Assembly (NCBI GenBank): GCA_963823665.1
Contig: CAWGMQ010000008.1
Span: forward strand, 1,216,001 to 1,280,000
Direction: 5' to 3'
DNA from: an uncultured Planctomycetota bacterium
Lineage (GTDB): Bacteria > Planctomycetota > Planctomycetia > Isosphaerales > Isosphaeraceae
DNA length: 64,000 nucleotides
In this document: positions 23,336-32,178 of the stretch, one piece after another
How positions within the stretch are numbered: position 1 is the first letter of the stretch
How the letters are laid out: each line of letters opens with the position of its first letter
Translations under genes and position numbers: made by a program
The notes under the pieces: generated by a model
What the model saw: only the letters and a program-made list of their open reading frames with translations
Told to the model about the DNA's origin: nothing
Database searches by the model: none

Positions 23336-23821
23336 TCAATATTCCGCGAATATCTTGCGCGCTCGCCGAATCTCGGAGTAGTATCGCCGCTCACTGATAT
23401 TGATCCTTTTCCGAAACTGCTCCCGGGTCAAACCTTCCCGCTCCGCGATGAGCAATTGGCGAAACAGCGGGATGCGATCGCACAGCTCTTTTGCATCCAA
23501 CTTCGAGATCATTGTCTCGCAATCCCGACTCGCGCTCTCATCTACGGCACTGATCGGGAGGGACTCATCGAGCTGAATCAATGGCGACCTCATGGCGCGG
23601 GCTCTCGCCCGTGCCCGTCTCCACAGCAAGCCAGGAATGTCCCCACCTTGAATGGTTGCACCACTCATTTTGAGAAATTGCTGAGTGGAGGAATGTCGCC
23701 GGATCTCACAGTAAAGATCGTGAGCGACGTCATCGGCGAACTCGGCGTAACGTGTCCTCCTGATGCGACTCGCGATCAGTTCGGTCAGGCGGACAACCGG
23801 GTCAGAGGTGCTCTCAGACAT
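23336..23821 (-). CDS. Divergent ECF sigma-factor-like protein inside the cas operon (161 aa)
   Basis: ADDVAHDLYCEI and GLLWRRAR resemble sigma2; EGLTREQFRKRINISERRYYSEIRRARKIF resembles sigma4 HTH; GGAG RBS 10 nt before ATG. Confidence 0.65.
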   Translation of the reverse strand: MSESTSDPVVRLTELIASRIRRTRYAEFADDVAHDLYCEIRRHSSTQQFLKMSGATIQGGDIPGLLWRRARARARAMRSPLIQLDESLPISAVDESASRDCETMISKLDAKELCDRIPLFRQLLIAEREGLTREQFRKRINISERRYYSEIRRARKIFAEY

Positions 23822-23831
23822 TTCACGGTCA

Positions 23832-23849
23832 CTCCAAAACCCCAACCAA
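23832..23849 (-). promoter_or_regulatory. Protospacer-like target of the crRNA-like RNA with TTG PAM
   Basis: TTG-GTTGGGGTTTTGGAG versus spacer GTTGGTGTTTTCGAG; mismatches only at positions 6 and 12. Confidence 0.85.
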
Positions 23850-23860
23850 CTTGCGCTCTA

Positions 23861-23904
23861 CCTTCGTTATGACGCCAGTCGGGGCTCCGTCCTTCGTTTT
23901 TTTT
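23861..23904 (-). promoter_or_regulatory. Putative ECF-type promoter of the sigma-cas6 operon
   Basis: A8 tract, then CGAAGG-N16-CGTCAT; AACGAAGG repeated 30 bp apart. Confidence 0.45.
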
Positions 23905-23989
23905 GGATTTTCGGCGCTCTGGCGAGCACTGCCACGTACGCATGCATGGTGACGCGTCACCACGCGATCGTCCTTCAATGAGTGCGGCG

Positions 23990-24280
23990 TCAGATCACTC
24001 TGGTCAGCACCTCGTCCGCCACCATCTCCCTATCAAACCCCTGCCCAACAATGCGGACCTTTGCGAAGTCGTCTCGGCACATGGGGAAGACATAGACCGC
24101 GTCCGTTTCGAGATTGAGAAGCTCCATGCTGAACTGAATGATTTCTTCAACGCGGCTGCCTGCGACCTCGCCCAGGTAGACGCTCTTTTGGACACGCTGG
24201 AGTCCATAATCGAGGCATCGGTCACCTATTCTTTTGCGCGTTCGATCCTTTGAAATGTCGTAGACGACCCAAGTCAGCAT
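23990..24280 (-). CDS. cas2: Cas2
   Basis: VVYDIS...GLQRVQKSVY; 96 aa; overlaps cas1 stop. Confidence 0.96.
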   Translation of the reverse strand: MLTWVVYDISKDRTRKRIGDRCLDYGLQRVQKSVYLGEVAGSRVEEIIQFSMELLNLETDAVYVFPMCRDDFAKVRIVGQGFDREMVADEVLTRVI

Positions 24281-25398
24281 GATTCGGCCTCCCCGGGCGG
24301 CTGTTCTGAGACGACGTCCTCTTCGTCATTGGGCAGCTCGTCGGCGGGCGGCGCGTCAGTGAACTCGTCCCAGAGTTGGCGGGTCGCGACGACACGAGGT
24401 AGGTCGTTCTTGCCCAGCAGACGATTCGCCAGCGCGTGTGCCTCGTGGGCAATTGTGTCGCGACGCTTGATCTTGCGGAACTTACCTGGCTTCGATTGCA
24501 CCGGGTACTTTACCGGCCGGTCGAGCCGCTGGTTGTAGTAAGGTATGAACTCGGCGCGGCCGGCTTTACTCAATGCAACCCCGCCAGGCACGTGCTCGAA
24601 AAACTCGGCGCGAACTCGGCGGCCCGTGAACAAAAGCAGCGTCGCCCGCTCGGCCAGGATACGGAACGGCTCGATCAAATCAAAAACAAGCGAAGGCTTG
24701 TTGTAATTGTCAGTGTGAAGATACCCCAGAAATGGGTCAAGGCCAGCACATATGCAAGCGCGATCGACCATTGAATAGAGGACGCCGTACGAGTAGTTGA
24801 GCATCGCGTTGAAGCCATCGTGAGCGGGCTGGCGGCTGCGTCCGTCGAAGCGGTAAGCCTCGGGGACGAGCTGGCCCAGGCAGGCGAAATAGGCGCGGCC
24901 CGCGCTCCCTTCCAGGCCGAGCAGCCGCCCACGTTGTTGCTCAAGCGTGCCATCGATTTTATCGACCTGCGCCAGGCTCGAGCGAATCGACTCGATCGCC
25001 GTCGCGAAGATCGTGCGCTGGCCAGACCTGCGCTGCGACAGCTCGTCAAGAAACTCAGCCTGGTTGCGGATTTTGGCGGCGACCCATTCGCGAGCAAAGG
25101 CCAGTCCTTCAGGACCCTCCGCCGTCTCGAGCTGCCGCCGCCGTATGGCCGCCGTCGAACCCATTCGCGGCGGCCAGACCCGCGCGTAAGGGTCGCCGAA
25201 CTTGTCCAGGAAGATGACGTCGATATTGTGCGCAATGGCCAGCACGATCACATCGGAGGAGAGGTGCACGGCCGTGGTCACCAGAATGCTCTGGACCTTA
25301 TGCGCCGAGACCGTCATCTTGTTCGACCCGGCCCGGACCACGAACCGGTCGCCCTTGCGCTTGAGACTCGCCCCAAAGGTGTTGATCACCAATTGCAC
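24274..25398 (-). CDS. cas1: Cas1 with acidic C-terminal tail
   Basis: LLGLEGSAGRAYF, FNAMLNYSYGVL, GLDPFLGYLH, SLVFDLIEPFR. Confidence 0.97.
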   Translation of the reverse strand: MQLVINTFGASLKRKGDRFVVRAGSNKMTVSAHKVQSILVTTAVHLSSDVIVLAIAHNIDVIFLDKFGDPYARVWPPRMGSTAAIRRRQLETAEGPEGLAFAREWVAAKIRNQAEFLDELSQRRSGQRTIFATAIESIRSSLAQVDKIDGTLEQQRGRLLGLEGSAGRAYFACLGQLVPEAYRFDGRSRQPAHDGFNAMLNYSYGVLYSMVDRACICAGLDPFLGYLHTDNYNKPSLVFDLIEPFRILAERATLLLFTGRRVRAEFFEHVPGGVALSKAGRAEFIPYYNQRLDRPVKYPVQSKPGKFRKIKRRDTIAHEAHALANRLLGKNDLPRVVATRQLWDEFTDAPPADELPNDEEDVVSEQPPGEAESC

Positions 25399-25419
25399 TG
25401 TAGCCGCCCATCAAACCGC

Positions 25420-26110
25420 GCCGCGGACACGAAACCTAACCATCTCTCTCGACTCGCGCCGCAGCATCCTGTAAGCGACTTGCTTCGGCGCCTTCGGCTG
25501 CTTGGGTTGCCACATCCCGATCGCCGCGCCTCCGCAGCCCGCTTGCCGGCCCGGCCTTCCGCCATCTGTCCGAGGCTATCACGGAATGCTCATCGCGAGA
25601 CCTTGCACAAGCCATCCATCGACCTGAGCCGTGCGTGAACGGATCGATACTACATTCGCTCCGGTAACTGGTCAAGCGGCTACTGTGGACAAATTTCCCG
25701 TTCAAGTACCGAGCGGGCGGAGGACACATGCGAGGACATGGCGAGTGCTGTGTCACGAAGCACATCTCGCCCGGCTTCGCGATCGCCTGTCGCAGGTCGG
25801 GCTCAAATGGCGTCCCTCGAAACTGGCGCGCCACCCGCTCGGTCCGGAAGAGTGGCAGCAGCTCACCCTGGATCAACTGCCGGAAGGTCAAGTGAAACGT
25901 AGGCTCGGTGTAGTAATATCCCCCTCGGGCCCTGTCGAATGCGATCGGGGCCTTGCACTGGCCGCGCAAGATCTCGAGATCGCGCCGGATCGTGCGAGGA
26001 TCGACCTCGAGATCAAGGGCGAACGTCTTGTCGGTCGGCCATTTCGTCGCCCCGCAGCGCCCGCTCGATCGCCTGCACCCGCCTCAAAGTTGGCCGCACG
26101 GCGTGATACC
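25420..26110 (-). pseudogene. Decayed HTH-WYL (YafY-like) regulator
   Basis: ALDLEVDPRTIRRDLEILR...APIAFDRARGGYYYTEP N-terminus; disrupted start; WYL domain not visible; limits approximate. Confidence 0.7.
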
Positions 26111-26289
26111 GCGTCGCTCGCGGGGGAGGGAAACAGGGTCGCGATTAGTTAGTCTATGAATCTGACCGCTGGATATTGGAAACGTGGTCAGGTCCGGATT
26201 GCTCATAGAGCGCCCCCAAGGACACAGCCCAGCTTATGGACGCTCCATAAGACCTGTTCCTCAACTTGATGACCCGGTGTTTGACGGAC

Positions 26290-26636
26290 TCGATCTACGA
26301 CACGGTCGACGAGCGAGTGCGGGCCGAGGGTCGAGACTGGCCGGCCCGGGCGCACACGATGATCGGCTTCAAACGGTTGGCTAATATTCGAACGTGCGTC
26401 GAGGCGGTTCTGGACGACGGCGTCCCAGGCGATTTGATCGAGACCGGCGTCTGGCGCGGCGGGGCGGCGATCTTCATGCGGGCGATCCTCAAGGCACGCG
26501 CGGTCACCAACCGCGTCGTGTGGGTCGCCGACTCGTTCTCCGGGCTTCCACCACCAGACACAGCCCGGTATCCGCAAGACGAGGGCATCACCCTTCACCA
26601 ATCTCCCCAGTTGGCCGTGCCGCTCGAACGCGTGCA
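26290..26636 (+). pseudogene. Internal fragment of TylF/MycF O-methyltransferase
   Basis: EGRDWP...HTMIG...GVPGDLIETGVWRGG...VADSFSGLP; C-terminal half replaced by unrelated sequence. Confidence 0.8.
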
Positions 26637-26928
26637 TCTTAGCCTGACAATTTCCCCGGCCATCCCGCCGGCGGCGACCATCGCCCGACGTGCGGAAAGT
26701 CTCTCCCAGCGCGGGCCGATGGTTGAAAGAGCTGCATTCCCCAAATTCGATTCCTCCCCTCCCAGTACTTCAGAACCGCCGCCAAGGCACGCCAACGCGA
26801 TGAACGCGTTCCTCACCGGCCCCCCGTTGTCGCCCCCATTTGCGACGGCGCAACGCGGCCCTTTACCCATATGAGCTGCAAACCCGCTAATCCTGATCGG
26901 GCTCCGGCGGAATCCGTCCCGGCTTCTG

Positions 26929-28815
26929 TCAATTGGAGTCGGAATTGGCATGGTCCGCACCCAGGTGCCGGCGGACCACCTCCGCCTCTCGCCCAAGCTC
27001 GCGGGCATGGTTCGTCTCGCCAAGGGCGCGCGCCGTTTCGCTCGAGTTGCTGAGGACGTCCGCCAGCTCTTTCTGCGACCGAGCGTCGCCGGCCTCGAGT
27101 TGGATGCATCGCCGCAGATGCTTGACGGCCCTCTCATACGCCCACTCGGCCTCCGGCAACCGGTCTGTATTCACAAAAAGGTCACCGAGCCGGTGGTACG
27201 CTCCGGCGAGCGATTGCAGGCTGTCATGCCGGTCGGGTTGTGCGCGAACGGTTGCATCGCCCGCCTGCACGGCCCGTCGAAGCTCTGCCTCAGCCGAACG
27301 ATTGACGGCGAGACGAAGCACCCGGCGATTCTCTCCATCGAGAGCCGCCACCGGTGCATTCCCGGAAAGGGGCCCAATTCTGCCGTAGCGAATTGCCAGT
27401 AGAGCTGCTGACGCACCCACCGCCGAGGCCGTGACTGCGAGAAAAGCCATGAGGAACACCAACCGATGGCGGCGACAAAAGCGAGTTACATGCGCCCACG
27501 CCCCCGGCGCACGGGCGGAAATCGGGCTGCCACTCTGGAATCGACGGAGGTCGTCCGCCATGTCTCGGGCCGTGGCGTAGCGTTTGCGAGGGTCTCTCGC
27601 CATCGCCGTGAGACAAACGGTTTCGAGGTCGCGCGGGACCGTGGGATTCAACCGCCTGGGAGGCACTGGCTCGGCGGTCCTGAGGAGCTGCATCGTCTCG
27701 AAGACATCGGGGCCAGGGAACGGGGCCTCTCCGGTAAGAAGCGCGTAGAGCGTTGCACCAAGGCTATAAACATCGGTGGCAGGACCGACCGCGTCGAGTC
27801 GCCCTTCTGCCTGCTCCGGGCTCATGTAGCTCGGGGTACCAACGATCTGGCCGGCATGGGAAAGCGTTGCCTCGGCACTATCAACCCAGGAACGAGCCAG
27901 GCCGAAATCGATCAGGTGCGGCCATAGTTCCTGGTCGATCAAGATGTTCGATGGTTTGACGTCGCGATGGACGATGCCCAAGCTGTGCGCGTAATGAATG
28001 GCGTCGGCAACACGCGCGATGATCCCAGCCAGATCATTGGGGGCAAGCCGACCGTGCGGTCGTGCGTACTCGGAGAAACTCTTGCCCTCAACGAACTCGC
28101 TGACGATGTAAGGCATGCCATTGACCTGGCCGATGTTGTAGATCTGTGCGATCGATGGATGCTTGAGACTGGCCGAGATCCGGGCCTCACGGAAGAGCCG
28201 GTTCATGCGGTCATCATGTACACTGCCGAACTCGCGAATGATCTTGATGGCAACAATCCGGTCGAGCGCGACATCGCGCACCTTGAATACGACTCCCATG
28301 CCGCCGGTCCCGATCCGTTGGATGATCTGATAATCGCCGAAAGTGGCCGGCACGTCAGACCAGCTTCCGGCCGTACTCACTCCGAGATCAAGCGGGCGCG
28401 TGGAACCGGCTGACGGGTACGAGCCAACCGTGTCTGCTGGATCGGCGATACTGTCGGCCATCCAGGCCTGGGAGGCCAATAGGGCGTTCGGGGCATGGGA
28501 CCTCGTGGATTGGGAATCCACGCGGAGACCAATCCCAGTAACGGACGCCTCCGAGACTGAAACGCTATCGGGGACGGGCCTGTCCACGGAGTTTTGCTCG
28601 ACGTCTTCGAGCGTTTCCTCGTTCTTCCAGCCCGTCGGCTCCGGTTCCTCGACCGCGCGCCCGACGACATGGCCAATCGCACGCTCGGCGGCCTGGCACT
28701 GAGGGCATGACGCGATGTGCAGGCGCTCGCGGGCTCGCCAGGAGTCGCCTCCGGCGACCTCCCAGAACCGGCTGGGCGCAGGGCACGGTGGTGTGTCACC
28801 CGTTTCGGAAGTCAT
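26929..28815 (-). CDS. Hanks-type Ser/Thr kinase with N-terminal HxxxCxxC motif, TM segment and TPR-like C-terminus
   Basis: GTGGMGVVFK, VAIK, HRDVKPSN, DFG, GTPSYMSPE; HIASCPQC. Confidence 0.92.
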   Translation of the reverse strand: MTSETGDTPPCPAPSRFWEVAGGDSWRARERLHIASCPQCQAAERAIGHVVGRAVEEPEPTGWKNEETLEDVEQNSVDRPVPDSVSVSEASVTGIGLRVDSQSTRSHAPNALLASQAWMADSIADPADTVGSYPSAGSTRPLDLGVSTAGSWSDVPATFGDYQIIQRIGTGGMGVVFKVRDVALDRIVAIKIIREFGSVHDDRMNRLFREARISASLKHPSIAQIYNIGQVNGMPYIVSEFVEGKSFSEYARPHGRLAPNDLAGIIARVADAIHYAHSLGIVHRDVKPSNILIDQELWPHLIDFGLARSWVDSAEATLSHAGQIVGTPSYMSPEQAEGRLDAVGPATDVYSLGATLYALLTGEAPFPGPDVFETMQLLRTAEPVPPRRLNPTVPRDLETVCLTAMARDPRKRYATARDMADDLRRFQSGSPISARAPGAWAHVTRFCRRHRLVFLMAFLAVTASAVGASAALLAIRYGRIGPLSGNAPVAALDGENRRVLRLAVNRSAEAELRRAVQAGDATVRAQPDRHDSLQSLAGAYHRLGDLFVNTDRLPEAEWAYERAVKHLRRCIQLEAGDARSQKELADVLSNSSETARALGETNHARELGREAEVVRRHLGADHANSDSN

Positions 28816-29419
28816 GGCCGTTGTGCGATTCCCCGTCACGCCCGCGAACTTTCAAGATCAGGCGCTTGAGCTCCTTGCGGGCACGATTGAGACGACTGTT
28901 GAACGCAGCAAGGGAGATTTCCAGTGCTTGCGCGATATCGTACTGGGTTCCTTCCTTCCGGAGGTAGTATCGCTCGAGGACGTCTCGCTCCTCATCCGAC
29001 AGTAAACTCAGCGCGAGATCAAGCTTGCGACTCCTCTCCGCCTCGATCATCGCGCCCAACGGATCGCGGGCCTTATGATCGACCGGCACCGCCGAATGCG
29101 ATCCCCGCGAGCTCTCCCTCTCCGCTCGCGCGCTCAAGTCATCGAGGCTGATCGAGTTACTCTCCTTCGCCCGCCAGCAATCAAGAATGAGCCGACGTGC
29201 AGTCGTGAACACCCACGCACGGGCGTGAGGATGCCTGGGATCGAATTTCTCGTCGGTCCAGGCTTGCAAGAACGTCGCCTGCACAATGTCCTGGGTTAGA
29301 TGGTCGGACCCGACCCGGCTCCGGACAAAACCGCGGAGCTCGTTTTCGTGAGTGCGCACGAACGCCACAAATGCCTGCTGCCTCTCCGGTTGGGGAAAAG
29401 CCGCGCCGTTGAGCCCCAT
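28796..29419 (-). CDS. ECF RNA polymerase sigma factor, overlapping the kinase start
   Basis: QDIVQATFLQAW, AWVFTTARRLILD, TQYDIAQALEISLAAFNSRLNRARKEL. Confidence 0.9.
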   Translation of the reverse strand: MGLNGAAFPQPERQQAFVAFVRTHENELRGFVRSRVGSDHLTQDIVQATFLQAWTDEKFDPRHPHARAWVFTTARRLILDCWRAKESNSISLDDLSARAERESSRGSHSAVPVDHKARDPLGAMIEAERSRKLDLALSLLSDEERDVLERYYLRKEGTQYDIAQALEISLAAFNSRLNRARKELKRLILKVRGRDGESHNGHDFRNG

Positions 29420-30010
29420 CGTTGAGTTCCCCTCGAGGTGCCGAGATCGCGGTGTGACCGCGAACCATCAATCCTGCGCGAGTATAGGGTCGAGTGCGCA
29501 ATTCCTTTCCGATTATTTTCCCGAAGCTCAAAAAATATAGCTTCGGCGAACCCGCCCGGTTCACTGTCCATTCACAGTTCAGAAAAAAGAAAGGCTCCAC
29601 GCGTTCGACCATATTCAGTGGTGTTGAACGGAGTGGTCCGGCCGGATCGAGTTTTCAGACCTGACCGGACGCGGCACGAGGCGAGGCTCCATGCCCGCAG
29701 GTGCACCACATTCCGTGCACTCGATCGCTTTTTGACCGGTTTTCAGTCCATTGTACGGAGATCAACCCATGCGCGACCATTCGGATACGCACATCGATCG
29801 GGGCCCAGATCAGACCTCATATTGCGACTGGTCCAACCCGATGCCCTGGGAGCTACCCACATCGACCGACAACCGTGACAGGTCTGCGCCGACGCCGACC
29901 ATGCCGCGTGATGCGACGAAAAGCTGGCCAGGTTCCCCTTCCGAGCCGATTCGCAGATTCCAAGCCGATGGATCGATCACACAGACCGAGTACCGCACGC
30001 CCGAGCCGGA

Positions 30011-30658
30011 GTGCGCCCCACGCCTTCGCAACGAAGCGCGACCAGGTCTCGCGTCATTTCCCTCGTCGGGAACACGTCGACGGCACTTGGATTGGCGATC
30101 TTGCTCGGTTTGTTCGTCGGACCGCGCACCGTGATGCGGAGAGCCGAAGAGGCTGCGTTCGCCTCGTGGAGAGCGGTTGGCGATGCACTCGCGAACCGCG
30201 AGCTTGGCGAGATTTCAGAACAACTGGACCGCGATCGGCACGATGCAGAGTGTCTTCGTTCCTTGCGAGACTCCCTCTGGGCGCGATTGGAATCGCTCGC
30301 GATGCAGCGCGAGCGTGTCGTGCTCGAACTCAGAACCCGCGGACCGCGGCTTGCTTGCGATTCCGATTGTGAATTGCCGCGCCTGGACGCCGCGATTGCC
30401 CTGGTGAATTCCGCGATTGCACGCGCCGACCGTGCGCTGGACGGGACCAGAGAAGATCTGCGCGGGCGCGAGGTCGAGTTGATCACGCTCCAGGCCGAGG
30501 CGGACTTGAACCGCGCAAACCTCGTGCTAGCCAAACCGATTGGCGACCCGATGCTGTGGTCGACCCGGATCGCGCGCGTCCGCGACCTGCTCGGGACCCC
30601 GCTCGACGATCGCGACGTGCGCCGCAGCGCTCTCGAATCGCCTATCAGCGGCGAGTGA
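30011..30658 (+). CDS. Hypothetical membrane-anchored coiled-coil protein
   Basis: Hydrophobic LGLAILLGLFVG followed by long helical R/E/L-rich region; start uncertain. Confidence 0.5.
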   Translation: MRPTPSQRSATRSRVISLVGNTSTALGLAILLGLFVGPRTVMRRAEEAAFASWRAVGDALANRELGEISEQLDRDRHDAECLRSLRDSLWARLESLAMQRERVVLELRTRGPRLACDSDCELPRLDAAIALVNSAIARADRALDGTREDLRGREVELITLQAEADLNRANLVLAKPIGDPMLWSTRIARVRDLLGTPLDDRDVRRSALESPISGE

Positions 30659-30765
30659 CATCCTCGACAAGTGTGGCGTTGGGTCCGACCGACTTCAACC
30701 TGCGCGACACAACCCACTTCGGCTGGCTCCGCCACGCCGCCGCGAAGTCGTGTTCCTCCGCGCCC
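30655..30765 (-). pseudogene. Short fragment of dihydrofolate reductase/RibD_C-family gene
   Basis: EHDFAAAWRSQPKWVVSRRLKSVGPNATLVEDV. Confidence 0.6.
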
Positions 30766-30819
30766 CAACGCCTCTCGTGAAGGGAGGGTCTACGCACACC
30801 ACGATTCCCGCTCTCAGTC

Positions 30820-31150
30820 CTACTCGAGTCGAGCCACACCATTCCCCGGCTTCGGGAACCGGACGAACACCTCCGGGTCGTGTCCCGGGATGATCAATCG
30901 AGGGTTGGTCGCGAGCTGCTTCATCCGGTCCTGCGCAGCCAGGTTTGACTTGGCGTCGAGCGTAACCGCGATCGGCACGTGCTTGTCGAGGTTCTCGTAC
31001 AGATAGACGTTGTCCGACGCCACCACCATGCGGCCCGACTTCGTATTTACGCCCACGTACTGCGACGCGAACGTGTGCTTCCCTCCGGCGTAAACCGTCA
31101 CTCCCAGTATGATCTCCTTGGCATCGCCGTCGACCAGACGAACACGGCTC
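30820..31150 (-). pseudogene. C-terminal fragment of AHL-lactonase-like metallo-beta-lactamase
   Basis: VDGD...GGKHTFASQ...VVASDNVYLYENL...IIPGHDP; HxHxDH half absent. Confidence 0.7.
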
Positions 31151-31236
31151 GAGCGGTGTGTTGACACTGTCGATCGCCGGTGTCGATACACTCCGCCGGC
31201 GGAGCAGCTTGGCGGCAGCAGCCGGGAAATATGAGA

Positions 31237-31266
31237 TTGCATTTTATGCCGTACGCGGTATATTCT
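31237..31266 (+). promoter_or_regulatory. Sigma70-like promoter with internal palindrome, TA operon
   Basis: TTGCAT followed by TATATT/TATTCT at 16-18 bp; imperfect palindrome ATGCCG-TACG-CGGTAT; ATG follows within a few nt. Confidence 0.55.
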
Positions 31267-31270
31267 ACTA

Positions 31271-31618
31271 ATGGCAAAAGCGCCCGCTCAGAAGCCCGTG
31301 TTTTGGCTTAAGACTGAAGTCAAGACGCCTCCGTACTCGAAAGCGGCCAGGGTGGAAGCGGGGATGCTGCTTCGTCGTCTCCAGAGGGGCGAGTCACTCG
31401 GGATGCCGCACTCGCGTCCCATGTCGACTATCGGCACGCGTTGCCACGAACTTCGGGTGCGCGACGAGAACCGGGGTTGGCTGCTCATTTACCGGATCGA
31501 CCCTGACGCAATCGTTGTCGCGGTGGGATTCTTGAAGACAACCGAGCAGACGCCTGATTCGGTTATAGACAAGGCGAAAAAGCGCCTGCGGGAGTACGAC
31601 GACGTTGAATCAAAATAA
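31271..31618 (+). CDS. RelE/ParE-superfamily (HigB/Gp49-like) toxin
   Basis: LGMPHSRPM...CHELRVRD...IYRID...FLKTTEQTP. Confidence 0.88.
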   Translation: MAKAPAQKPVFWLKTEVKTPPYSKAARVEAGMLLRRLQRGESLGMPHSRPMSTIGTRCHELRVRDENRGWLLIYRIDPDAIVVAVGFLKTTEQTPDSVIDKAKKRLREYDDVESK

Positions 31619-31632
31619 TAGGAAATATAATT

Positions 31633-32133
31633 ATGAATGCGCGGAAGAAAAAGGCGCTCGCTGCGGCCGGATGGGTCTCAGGCGACGCCGAAGACTACCT
31701 CGAGCTCAGCGCGGAGGAACGTTGTCTGGTTGAATTGCGCCTCGCGGTCAGCCAGGCTATGCACTATCGACGCAAACAGGGCAACCTCACCCAGCAGGAT
31801 GTGGCCAAGAAATTAGGGACGAGTCAGTCGCGCGTCGCGAGGATGGAAGCTGCATCCTCGGACGTGTCACTCGACTCGCTGTTTACGGGGCTGTTTGCTC
31901 TTGGCGGAAGCATGAAGGATCTCGCGGGAGGGCCCCCGAGCGGGAATGTCTTACCGCCCAGCACGCCCAGCACGCGCGGCGTGAAATATAGGATCAAAGG
32001 GACCGTGAAAGCCAAGTCGACGGCTCGCGACAGCGGGATCTACAGGATGGTCGAGACCGCGAAAGGTAAAGCCATGAAGACAGGATCATCGGCCCGTGCC
32101 GCGCGCGGGGGAAAACTCTTTCCGAAGAAATAG
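31633..32133 (+). CDS. XRE-HTH antitoxin with basic C-terminal extension
   Basis: LTQQDVAKKLGTSQSRVARMEA HTH directly after the toxin. Confidence 0.85.
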   Translation: MNARKKKALAAAGWVSGDAEDYLELSAEERCLVELRLAVSQAMHYRRKQGNLTQQDVAKKLGTSQSRVARMEAASSDVSLDSLFTGLFALGGSMKDLAGGPPSGNVLPPSTPSTRGVKYRIKGTVKAKSTARDSGIYRMVETAKGKAMKTGSSARAARGGKLFPKK

Positions 32134-32178
32134 CGGGCGATCGGCTCGCGGGCGGCAGCTCGGCGGCCGGGCAGGGGG

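Noticed and set aside
29751..30134. 127-aa ORF overlapping the coiled-coil gene
   Set aside because: Low-complexity P/S/T/R composition and no recognisable motif; cannot be supported
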